From: Rebecca billardiae RCC1528
Taxonomy: Eukaryota > Protista > Haptophyta
Assembly: GCA_965240325.2 (NCBI GenBank)
Contig: OZ251235.1
Span: forward strand, 868,001 to 932,000
Length of the DNA: 64,000 bases
Reading direction: 5' to 3'
Below are positions 32,999-43,300 of the stretch, piece after piece. Numbering within the stretch: position 1 is the stretch's first letter; every line of letters begins with the position of its first letter. The notes beneath the pieces are model-generated. The model saw only the letters and a program-made list of their open reading frames with translations, searched no databases and was not told where the DNA came from. The translations under genes were made by a program, and so were the position numbers.

Positions 32999-33242
32999 AT
33001 GACGCTGATAATGCGGCCCTTGGATAATGCATGATGCTGACGACATGCATGTCACTAGTACCTGACGATGACGATGGGCGCGTGCGGCAGTGCGTGCGTA
33101 CCACCGTCGCGCCATCGTCAGCCACTGCACCGTGCACGCGCGCGCGCGCACCGCCGCCGACCGCGGGTGGCGCGCCGACGCGGCCGCACAATGTCGCCAC
33201 GTCGTCACCCGCGGTGCTGGCGGTCTGAGCGCTCGATGCCGA

Positions 33243-35174
33243 TCACGGCCGCAGCCTGAGCTCGCAGGCGACGCTGACGTGGTCCGATGGCCACGGCGGC
33301 GCGGGCAGCGCGACGCTCCCATCCGCCTCGATGTCCGCGCGCGTGGGCGTCGGCGCTGCGTCGGAGGGCTCGGGCGGCGCGAAGTCGTCCGCCGAGGCCC
33401 AGACGTAGTCGAGGCACTCGACGAAGCCGGGCACAAAGTTGGTGAAGGCGGGCATGCCCGTGGCGGCGAAGTGGCGGCCGATGCCCGCGGGCGCGCGCAC
33501 GGCGGGCGGCGGCGTGAGCTCGGTGCCGCCGCCGCCGGCGCGCGGCGGCGCGGAAGGCGGCTCGAGGGCGCCGCGGTCGCCCCAGGCGAAGGTGTGCAGG
33601 TCTGCCCACGCCTCGTGCTCGGCAGGGACGTGCCCGTCCGCGAGCAGCTGCACCGCGCCCGAGCGCGGGCACGAGTTGAGGTCCCCGCACAGCAGGTGCG
33701 CGGGCGCGCGGCCGTGCGCCGCCGCCAGCTCGCGCTTGAGCCGAGCGATCGCGCTGAGCAGCGCGTGCACCTGCAGCAGGCGGACGTGGTCCGCCTGCGG
33801 GTGGAAGAAGAGGTGCGTGTTCCCAACCACCAGCCGACGCTGCCCGTCGCCGCCCGCGCGCACGCGCAGCACCACCGCCTGCGCCACCGTCCCCACGCGC
33901 CGCATCAGCACTTCCTCCAGCTCCGCGTGCTCAGCGATCAGCGCGCGCACCGCGCGCGCGCTCGCGTCGGCGGCGGCCAGCTCGGCCGCGTCGGCGCCGT
34001 GCGCGCCGGCGGGCGTGGGCGTGAGCAGGTCGTCGCGCACGAGCTCGGCCACCGGCCACGCGTGCACCGCCTCCGCCTCGAAGCGCTCCCGCCGCCAGAA
34101 GAGCGCGCAGCCCTCCTTGGCGCCGTTCGACTTGGGCACGAACGAGCCCTCATACCCGCAGGCGGCCATCGTGGGCTCGAGGGTGTGCTCGTACAGGGCG
34201 CAGTCCACCTCCTGCAGGCACGCGAGGTCGGCGTCGTGCGCGCGCAGCTCGTGCGCGGCGAGCGTCAGCCGCCGCGCCGCGCCCAGCGTCTCCGCGGACA
34301 CGTGCGCAAAGAGCCGCTCCGCGCTGGACGGCTGCGAGGCGTACCAGTCGGCGAGGAGATTGTACGAGATCGCGCGGATGGGGATGTGCGCGCCGCGCTC
34401 GAAGGCGGCGCCGGCGGGCGCGCGCGCGCGGGAGAGCCACGCGCCGCGCAGGGCGAGCGCGCCGAGCCGCGGCAGCGGCTGCACCGGCCGCGCAAATGTC
34501 TCACGCGCAGCGTCGCTGCGCTCCGGGCCTCGCACCGCCGTCGCCTCGACCCGCAGCTGCCAGCCCACGTCCTCCGCGCGCGGCGTGTACGCGCGCGCGC
34601 GCGAGACGAGCTCGCCGCCCTCGGCGTGCTCGTCGCGCACGCGCCACCAGCTCCACTCCACCTCCTCCGCAAACTCGCTCGTCGCCGGCGGCGCGAGCAC
34701 GCTGCCGACAAAGCAAGGAGCGCGCCCGTCGTACGGCAGGGCGACGCTCACGCTCGGCGGGTTGACGACGACGCGGTACGCGAGCCCGCCGACGAGGAGG
34801 CGCTGCCCGGTGCGCCACACGTCCGGGTGCAGCATGTCGTCGCGCAGCTCGAGCGCCGAGCCGTCCGAGTCGACGAGCGTGCACTGAGCGTCAGCCTGCG
34901 CCGCATCCGCCTTGCGCCCGCCCGCGCGCTTGCCCTTCCCGCCGCCCAGCTTCTTCGCGACGGTGAGGCCGAGGCGTCTCAGGGCCGTCGAGACGGGCTC
35001 GTCCATCGGGCGCATGAGATTCACCGCCGTCTCGTCCTCGAGACGCAGCGCGACGCTCACCGTCTCGCTCGCCGTCCCGCCGCCGATGCGCACCGACGCG
35101 CGCGGCGACGCGGCGCCCGCGGTAGCAGCCGTGGCCGCGCGGGCTGGCGCGACGGCCATCGCCTCCGACGACAT
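33243..35174 (-). CDS. PDE12/CCR4-like EEP-family phosphodiesterase/deadenylase
   Basis: SYNLLADWY, LQEVD, NTHLFFHP, CGDLNS, LDYVW, PSDH; N-terminal region resembles PDE12. Start taken at MSSEAM. Confidence 0.88.
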   Translation of the reverse strand: MSSEAMAVAPARAATAATAGAASPRASVRIGGGTASETVSVALRLEDETAVNLMRPMDEPVSTALRRLGLTVAKKLGGGKGKRAGGRKADAAQADAQCTLVDSDGSALELRDDMLHPDVWRTGQRLLVGGLAYRVVVNPPSVSVALPYDGRAPCFVGSVLAPPATSEFAEEVEWSWWRVRDEHAEGGELVSRARAYTPRAEDVGWQLRVEATAVRGPERSDAARETFARPVQPLPRLGALALRGAWLSRARAPAGAAFERGAHIPIRAISYNLLADWYASQPSSAERLFAHVSAETLGAARRLTLAAHELRAHDADLACLQEVDCALYEHTLEPTMAACGYEGSFVPKSNGAKEGCALFWRRERFEAEAVHAWPVAELVRDDLLTPTPAGAHGADAAELAAADASARAVRALIAEHAELEEVLMRRVGTVAQAVVLRVRAGGDGQRRLVVGNTHLFFHPQADHVRLLQVHALLSAIARLKRELAAAHGRAPAHLLCGDLNSCPRSGAVQLLADGHVPAEHEAWADLHTFAWGDRGALEPPSAPPRAGGGGTELTPPPAVRAPAGIGRHFAATGMPAFTNFVPGFVECLDYVWASADDFAPPEPSDAAPTPTRADIEADGSVALPAPPWPSDHVSVACELRLRP

Positions 35175-35435
35175 GCTCGGGGTCGCTCGGAACGAGCCAC
35201 GCGCGATCGTGCCGCGCAGCGCGGCGGACGCCGCCGCCACCAGTAGCGGCCACGTGGTTGACGGCGTCCCTCGTGCGAATCGCGACGACGGACTCACGAC
35301 GCACTCCGTCCTGTGAATGTGATTCCGCCGGTTCGAAAACGCGCTCCGTTGACAATGACGGAATGACCAACGGCAGGGCTTTCCTCGTCGCGCGGTGGCC
35401 GCCGGAGCCAGCCGCTCCCCGAGTTCAAGCGCGCG

Positions 35436-36992
35436 ATGCTCGTCGACGAGCCTGGGGCAGGGCACGCGCCGGCGCGTGCTGAGATAGACGCGGCGGCGGA
35501 TGCGGCTTGCTACAGCCCCGACGCGGATCGCGTCCAGCAGCCGTCGCCATCCCTGCCGCCCGCCAAGCCCGCCATCGCCACCGCCGCGCCGCCTGAGCAG
35601 GGTGGCGACGCAGCGCCCGGAGGCCTGGGTGCCCATGTGGCCAAGGAGGGCCTCGTGCGCACGAGGCTGCGGATCCATGTGCCGCCCCGCCTCGCCTGGG
35701 CGTTTCAATCCGCCACCCACCCCGCCGCCTGTGCCGTGGACGCACACGCTGCCGCGCCGCCTGCGTCGGCGCCTGCCCAGTATGTGGGCATCTATAAGCA
35801 GACCACGCGCAGGGGTCTGGCGTGGAGGGCGCAGCTGGAGCACAAAGGGAAGTACTTCTCGGCGTATGGGATCGCGACGCGGGACGAGGCGGCGCACGCC
35901 TACGACGGGCTCGTGCGCCAGCAAGGCCTCGTCAGCGAGCGGCGGCTCAACTTTGCGCGGCCGGACGAGTGCGCAGCGCAGGAGGTTGCCGCGCTCAAGT
36001 GGCGAGGGCGCGCGGCTGCGCACGACGAGTGCGCGCTCGGCGGCGCTGCGGACGCGCAGCCCAGCGCAGACGGCGGCGGTGGGGGCGGTGGGACGCCCCT
36101 CGACGTGGGCGCGCCTCCGGACGAGGGCATGCCCCCACACGCGCGCTCGGCCGCGCGGCCGGCCAGCCGCGCCGGCCGCTTCCTAGGCGTGTCTGCCATG
36201 ACGAGTCGCGGCCGTGTCCGCTGGCGGGCGCGGATGACGATCCCTGGGCGGGGGGACGTCGGCTCGAGGTGCGTGGACGACGAGGAGGAGGCGGCGCTCG
36301 CCTACGACGAGCTCGTGCGCAGGCACGGCCTGGTCAGCTGCCGCTTGCTCAACTTTGCGCGGCCTGACGAGCGCGCGGCGCAGGCGGCGGCTGCGTACGT
36401 CAGCCGCCACATTCGGAGGCGGGCGAAGCGGGCCCGCGCGGACGGGGAGCGTGACGAGAGGCAGGCACACGCGGCTCGTGGCACGCCCGGTGGCAGCGCG
36501 AGGCGGGCAAAGCCCGGCCCGTGCGCGGCTTCGCCCGCAGGCACGACCGAGCACGGCAGCGAGGGCAGTGAGCGCGTGACGCCGGCGCAGCTGCCGGCCG
36601 GCCGGCCGGACGAGCCTGCCACGGCGGAGCCGGCCGGCCGGCCCAGCAAGCAGGCCGCGCGCTGGGCCGAGCAGAGCGGCCACTCGTCGCTTGCAGCGCA
36701 GCTCGCCGCGGTCCGGCACGAGCGGGATGCGGCCCTCTATCGGCTGGCGGTGGAGTGCGCGGCACACGAGCGCACGCAAGCTGAGCTCGCGCGCACACGC
36801 GAGCAGCTGTGGCTTTCCGCAGGGTCGCAGGCGGCCAACCCATCACACGCGCCACCACACGCGCGCGTGCTGGGCAAAGTGGCGGCACACGATTCGAGCG
36901 ACGTACCAGGTTCGCTGGGCTGTGCGACGCAGCCGGGTCCCGCTCCGGCGAGTGCGCCATCAAACAGCTGGAGCCGTGACGCGATGCCATGA
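35436..36992 (+). CDS. Protein with two AP2-type DNA-binding domains
   Basis: YVGI...WRAQL...EAAHAYD...LNF and FLGV...WRARM...EEEAALAYD...LNF. Confidence 0.8.
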   Translation: MLVDEPGAGHAPARAEIDAAADAACYSPDADRVQQPSPSLPPAKPAIATAAPPEQGGDAAPGGLGAHVAKEGLVRTRLRIHVPPRLAWAFQSATHPAACAVDAHAAAPPASAPAQYVGIYKQTTRRGLAWRAQLEHKGKYFSAYGIATRDEAAHAYDGLVRQQGLVSERRLNFARPDECAAQEVAALKWRGRAAAHDECALGGAADAQPSADGGGGGGGTPLDVGAPPDEGMPPHARSAARPASRAGRFLGVSAMTSRGRVRWRARMTIPGRGDVGSRCVDDEEEAALAYDELVRRHGLVSCRLLNFARPDERAAQAAAAYVSRHIRRRAKRARADGERDERQAHAARGTPGGSARRAKPGPCAASPAGTTEHGSEGSERVTPAQLPAGRPDEPATAEPAGRPSKQAARWAEQSGHSSLAAQLAAVRHERDAALYRLAVECAAHERTQAELARTREQLWLSAGSQAANPSHAPPHARVLGKVAAHDSSDVPGSLGCATQPGPAPASAPSNSWSRDAMP

Positions 36993-37207
36993 TGTCACTC
37001 ACTTCATTGACATTATTGGATCAATGGAATGTGGCAGGGGGAGGTCTCCTTTGGATTCGACCATCGGTCCCGGAGGACACACCCGGACACCGCGGAGCGG
37101 CCGGACGGAAACATCCCGCTCGAAAACGGGGACGGCCAAGCGACGGCGCAGGGCGGCACGTAGAAAAAGCCCCCGGCCTTCATCTCGCCAGCCGGTCGTA
37201 ACCGAGC

Positions 37208-39971
37208 ATGCCGGCGATGCGCGCGATGGCCTGCCTCGTCGGCCTGCTGTGCTGCCTCCCAACGCTGGGCTACGTCCGCAGCGCGCGGCCGCACGCCGCC
37301 CCGCCGCCCCGCCGCCTCGGCGCGCGCGCGCTGATGGTGGCGACGCCGCCGGATTCCAGCGCGCGCCCGGCAGAGCTCGCCGGTGGTGGCGGCGGCGGTG
37401 GCGCTGGCGGCGGCGGCGGCGGCGGCGGCGGTGTGGCGTCGCGCTCGGGCGGCTCGCCGCCACGCAGCAGCTCGCGCGCCAAATCGCGCCGCGCGGGCAG
37501 CGGCGGCCGCCGGCCGCGCGTCGCGAACGGCGCGCGCGGGCGCGAGCAGGCGAGCGTGCGCGTGCACGTGCGCAAGATCTACGACAAGGCGCGGTTCCTG
37601 ATGAAGCGGAACAACCTGCACGACTCTCGCGAGCTGCTGCGCACGTGCATCGAGCTCGACGACGCGGACGCGCACTCGTGGCTCGCGCTCGCCAAGATCG
37701 AGGCCGCGACCGGCTCGTTGCGCGAGGCGCGCGCGCTGATCGCTCGCGGGCTGGACAAGTGCCCGGGCAACGTGCACCTGATGCACGCGGGCGCGGGGTT
37801 CGAGCACCGGATGGGCGCGCTCGACGAGGCGCGCGCGCTCTTCCGCCAGGCCCTCGACATCTCCCCGGGCAACGCATACGTCGTGCACTCGTGGGGTCTG
37901 CTCGAGCAGCAGGCGGGGGACGTGGAGGCCGCGCGCGCGCTCTACTCGGCGTCGGTGGAGGAGCGGCCGCACGCGCCGGTGTGCTCGGCGTGGGCGGCGC
38001 TCGAGGCGATGCAGGGCAACCCGGAGCGCGCGCGCGAGCTGTACGCCCGCGCCGTCGAGCTCTCCGCCGGCACGGGCGCCGCGCCCGACGTGCTTCGGCG
38101 CGTGGACGAGCTGCTGTCGTGGGCAGAGTTTGAGCACACGCAGGGCAACGACGGCCGCGTGCACGAGCTGATCGCCGAGGCGCTCGGCACGGGGATGGGG
38201 CAGGCGAAGTGCCACGCGCGGCTGGCGCAGATGGAGGAGCGCTCCGGCCGGTACGACTCGGCGCGCTCGCGCTTCACCGCCGCGGTCGCGTGCGCGGACG
38301 TGGACGCGACCATCTTCAACCTCTTTGCGTCGTTTGAACGCCGCCAGTCGAGGCTGCCGGAGGCGCTCCGGATCCTGCGCGACGGCTCGGCGCGCTTCCC
38401 GCGCGATCCGGTGCTGCTGCAGTCGGCGGGGACGCTGCAGGAGCGCTGCGGCAACGTGCAGGCCGCGCGCGACCTCTACGCCCGCTCGATCCGCGTGAAG
38501 CCGCGCGCGCCCGCGTACGTTGCGTGGGCGCTGCTCGAGGCGCGCGCGGGCGAGTACGGCGCCGCGCGCCGGCTGTTCGGGCTGGGCAACTCGATCGAGC
38601 CGACGCACGGCCCGCTGCACAACGCGTACGCGGCGATGGAGTCGCGGCTGGGCAACCACGACGTCGCGCGCGAGATCTTCGCCAACGCCTCGAAGAAGCA
38701 CCCCACGCCCGACCTCTGGCACGGCTGGGGCTCGCTCGAGCTGCGGCTCGGCAAGCGCGAGCGCGCGCGCTGGCTGTGGCGGCACGGCGCGAGCGCGGCC
38801 GCGTACGACACGTCCTTCCTGTGGCACTCGCTCGGCTCGCTCGAGCTCTCGTCGGGCGACGTCCAGGCCGCGGCCGACGCCTTCCGCGAGGGGCTCAAGC
38901 GCATGCCGCGCTCCTCCGCGCTGCTGCTCGGAATGGCGCGCGTGCTGCTCGCGCGCGGCGACGTGTCGCAGGCGCGCGCGCACTTCAAGCGCTCCGTGCA
39001 GGCGGACGCGGCGCACGCGCACGCGTGGCAGGCGTGGGGCGTGATGGAGAAGCAGCAGGGGCACGTGGAGGTGGCGCGCTCGCTCTTCACGAAGGGGCTC
39101 GCGCGCTCGCCCACCCACGGCGCGCTGTGGCAGGCCGCGGGCAAGCTTGAGCATGACCAGCGCAACCTGACGGGCGCGCGCGCGCTGTACCGGCGCGGGC
39201 TCAGCCTGCAGCCGGCGCACGTGCCGCTGGTGGTCTCGTGGGCGAAGCTGGAGCTGGCCGAGGGGCGCACCGCCGCGGCGGAGGAGCTCGTGACGAACGC
39301 GATGGGCGGCCGCTCGCGCGAGCCCGAGCTGTACGACCTGCTCACGCGGATCTCTCTGCGCAAGGGCGACCGCACCGCCGCGCGGCTGCACTTTGAGGTG
39401 GGCGTGCGCCCGGCGCGCGCCGTGCAGCGCGGCGCGCGCGCAGGCCCACGCGCGACGCGAGCGCCGCGCGCGCCAGGGCCGGCCTTCGCTCACGCCAAAC
39501 CCCCCCGCGCGGCTGCGGGCGCGGCGCGCGCGCAGGAGGGCGTCCGGCGCGCGCCCTCGTTTGCGCCGCTGTACCGCACGTGGGCGCGTGCCGAGGAGCA
39601 GGTGCGCGCGCCCGCTCTGCGCGCCGCGCGCGCGTCGCGCTGGGCTGAACGCTGGCCACGCACGGGCCCCGCGTGCGTCGCGCGCGCGGCGGCAGGCTGG
39701 CAACTACGCCACCGCGCGCCAGCTCTTTGAGGACGGGCTGCGCGCCGACCCGATGCACGCGTCGTTGTACCACGCGTGGGCGCGCATGGAAGCGCGGCTG
39801 GGCAACCTCGAGGGCCTGGCCAAGCTGGACGAGCATGCGCGCAAGCACTTCCAATCGCGCGCGCCCGGCTCGGCCGTCTCGCCCTCGGAGATTGACGCGG
39901 CGATGAATGACGCGCTCCCGCCGCAGTTCCGCGTGGACGCGGGCGCCGGAGCCGCCGGCGACGAGCACTGA
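37208..39971 (+). CDS. Plastid-targeted HAT/TPR-repeat protein (HCF107/Mbb1-like); introns 39398-39535 and 39602-39695
   Basis: Hydrophobic signal peptide followed by an R/S-rich transit-like region. Many (W)A.LE...G....AR.LF HAT repeats. Splicing restores continuous repeats. Confidence 0.85.
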
Positions 39972-40391
39972 GCCGCCTAGTGGCACCCGCCCGGCGGCTG
40001 CCAACCTCTCTGACGACAACCGAGTGCGAAGCATGAGGCGGTGCAACGTGCTGCGTGCACTCGTCGTCTGGCGAGTCGGTGGTCGGGCGCCGCCCTGGGC
40101 GCTGAGCAGCGCTCATCAAGACCGAGGCACCGAGCGAATCTTGACTTCAGGCTGAATAATAATAATCCAGCCTGAGATTATAAATCACATTTGTAATCAG
40201 CACCCTTCTTTTACTCACTTGCCGCGCGCGCACGCCTTATCTGTGACTGAGTATCTGGTCCTCGCGACGAGATTTTGAGCCCGCGGACGATCGACGCGCG
40301 TCGTCCTCGGAAAGCCGCGTGATGAGGAGGCCCGCTGTGCGCGCGCCCGTGCGTGCGTCCCACTCAAAAAGGGCCACCAGGTCTGCACGGC

Positions 40392-43300
40392 ATGGCGTCG
40401 CTGTGAAGCGTCGGCGCCAAATAGCAAGCGCTCTCGCACGGCGGCAAACATTCGCGAGCGGGGGACGGCGCCGCCGCCGCTGTCCGGGGCGGGCGGCAGG
40501 GGGGGCGAGGGCCTGGACGCCCCGCCCCCCCTGAGCGTCGATGTGCCCGCGAGCCCGGCCATCGCGACGCAGCACTCGAACGGCTCCTCGTACGCCGGCT
40601 CGCGCAGGACCGCGCTGCAAGAGTACCTGACGTTGGGGCCCAGCTCGTCGTACGCGGGGATCCGGCATGAGAAGCGCTCATTCACCAACCAGAGCTTCGG
40701 CCCCGGCGGCTACGACGCTCTGGACGACGATCCACCCGACCCGAACGTGTACATCGGCCAGACTGGGCGGCGGTACGAGGGCGAGGCCGTCGGGCTGCGC
40801 GTGTATCAGCAGCCGCGGCTCGCGATCATCCTGCTGATCGAGTGGGTGTGGTTCGACCGCTTCATCCTCATCGCCATCCTGTGCAACTGCGCGCTGCTCG
40901 CCAAGCAGGGCCCGCGCAGCCCCGCGCACTCCGGCACGGAGCAGCTCTCGCTCATGTTCCAGATCATCTTCACGGTTGAGATGGTGCTCAAGGTGATCGC
41001 GCAGGGGCTGATCTTCAACGGCACCGCGTACATGCGCGAGACGTGGAACCTGCTCGACCTCACCGTCGTCATCACCGGCTGGCTCCCGTACATCGCGCCG
41101 GGCGCGGGCAACTTCTCGGCGATCCGGTGCGTGCGCGCGCTGCGGCCGCTCCGATCGATCAAGCGGATGCCCGGCGTGAAGGCGCTGGTGGACACGATGA
41201 TCGCCGCGGCGTTCGGGCTGGCGAACGTGGTGATGCTCTGCGCCTTCATCTTCCTCGTCTTCGGCATCCTCGGCATGCAGCTCTTCTCCGGCACGCTCCG
41301 CTTCCACTGCTTCGAGCCGGGCGCGTCCGAGCCGATCGACGTGGAGACGGTCTGCCGCCCGGACGAGCACAACGCGCACGGCAGCTGCCCGGGGGAGCAG
41401 GTGCGCGGCGGCGACGCGCGCGCGCGCGCGCGGCCGGGCGCGCGCGGCCGCTGCCGCCGCGCCGCGCGCCGCGCTCACGCGCGCTCCCGCGCGCGCTCGG
41501 CGCGGCCGTCGCCGCCCGCGCGCGCGCGCCGCCGCCCGCCTGCCCGCCGCGCGCAGCTCTGCCTCGAGGGCCACAACCCGGACCACGGCGCGATCTCGTT
41601 CGACTCGATCGCGTCGGCGTTCATGACCATCTTCCAGTGCATCACGCTCGAGGGCTGGGTCGACGTGATGTACATGGAGATGGACGCGGTCGGCTGGGGC
41701 GCGGCGCTCTACTTCATCCTGCTGATCGTGGTCGGCGCCTTCTGGGTGCTCAACCTGTTCCTCGCGGTGATCTGCGACAAGTTCGCGGACCCGGAGCGGC
41801 CGGAGGAGTCGAAGGACGGCGCGGAGGAGCCGCTGCCGCCCTCGCCCAACCCGGCCACGCCGCACGGCCGGCGCCAGAGCTGGGCGATGGCGAAGCGGCG
41901 GCAGCGCTCGGCGCGCACGCTCGTCGAGTCCAAGGCGTTCCAGCGCTTCATCGTGGGTGTGATCCTGACGAACACGCTGCTGATGTGCTGCTACTACTAC
42001 GGCATGCCCGAGTGGTTCGAGGAGTCGCTGGACAACGCGAACATCGCGCTCTCCGTCGTCTTCGCCGTCGAGATGGGCCTCAAGCTGTACGCGTGGGGCG
42101 TGACCAAGTACGTGTCCGACACGTTCAACCTCTTCGACGGGCTGGTCGTCTTCTCGTCCTTCTTCGAGCTGATCGTGGAGTACACGGGGCTGGGCTCGTC
42201 GGGGATCAACGTGTCGTCGCTGCGCGCGCTGCGCCTCTTCCGCGTGCTCAAGCTCGCGCGCGCGCTCAAGGGCCTGCGCCGCGTGCTCGAGATGATGCTG
42301 CACTCGTTGCTCGAGCTCAACTCGCTCTTTGTGCTCATGTCGCTGCTCATGTTTGTGTTCGCGCTGCTGGGCGAGCAGCTGTTCGGGCTCGAGTTCACGG
42401 AGGAGAACGGGTTCGACGAGGTGCCGCGCACGAACTTCGACGACCTGGGCCAGGCGCTGATCACCGTCTTCGTCGTCATGTCCGGCGAGAACTGGAACTC
42501 CGTCTTCATCGACTGCTACGCGTTTGCGCCGTTTGCGTCGTCCGTCTACTTTGTCGTGCTCGTCGTGATCGGCAACTTCGTGATCATCAACCTGATCATC
42601 GCGATCCTGCTCAACTCGATCGACCACGACGACGACGACGACGAGGAGCACGACGAGGAGTTCCAGACCGCGCTCTCCACGCTGCACCACGACACGCCCG
42701 TCATGCGCGAGCGCTCGGCCGGGCTCTCAGCGTCGACCTCCGCCGTCCCCATCCTGATGGCCACCGACTCGTCGCAGCACCACAAGCGGCCGGGCGGCGC
42801 GAAGATCGCGCGGCAGAGCGTGAAGAAGCTGGCGCGCTCGCGCACGATCTCCTTCGGCCCGCAGCCGCCGCGCGACGGCTACCCGTGCTACCCCATGCGC
42901 CAGCGCGACCACGCGCTCGGGCTGCTGCCGCCCGAGCAGCCGGCGCGGCAGGCGGTGCGCGAGCTCGTCAAGCGCAAGGAGTTCGACGCGGCGATGCTCG
43001 TGCTGATCGTGCTCTCGTCGATCGGGCTGGCGCTCGAGCCGCTCACGCCGGCGGAGCACGCCGCCGCCTCGCCCGCCTTCGTCGCCACGCTGCTCTGGGG
43101 CAACGTCGTCGCCACGTGGATCTTCACCGCCGAGCTGGCGCTCAAGGTGGTCGCGCACGGGCTGCTCTTCCCGCGCACAGCGTACCTGCGCGACCCGTGG
43201 AACCGGCTGGACGCGCTGATCGTGCTCACCTCGCTCGTCGCGCTGTACGGCGACGGCGCGTCCTTCTTCAAGGCGCTGCGGATGGTGCGCATGCTCCGCC

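Noticed and set aside
35175-36140. N-terminal extension of the 965-aa PDE12-like ORF
   Set aside because: Overlaps the AP2 gene in antisense and lacks protein-like composition.
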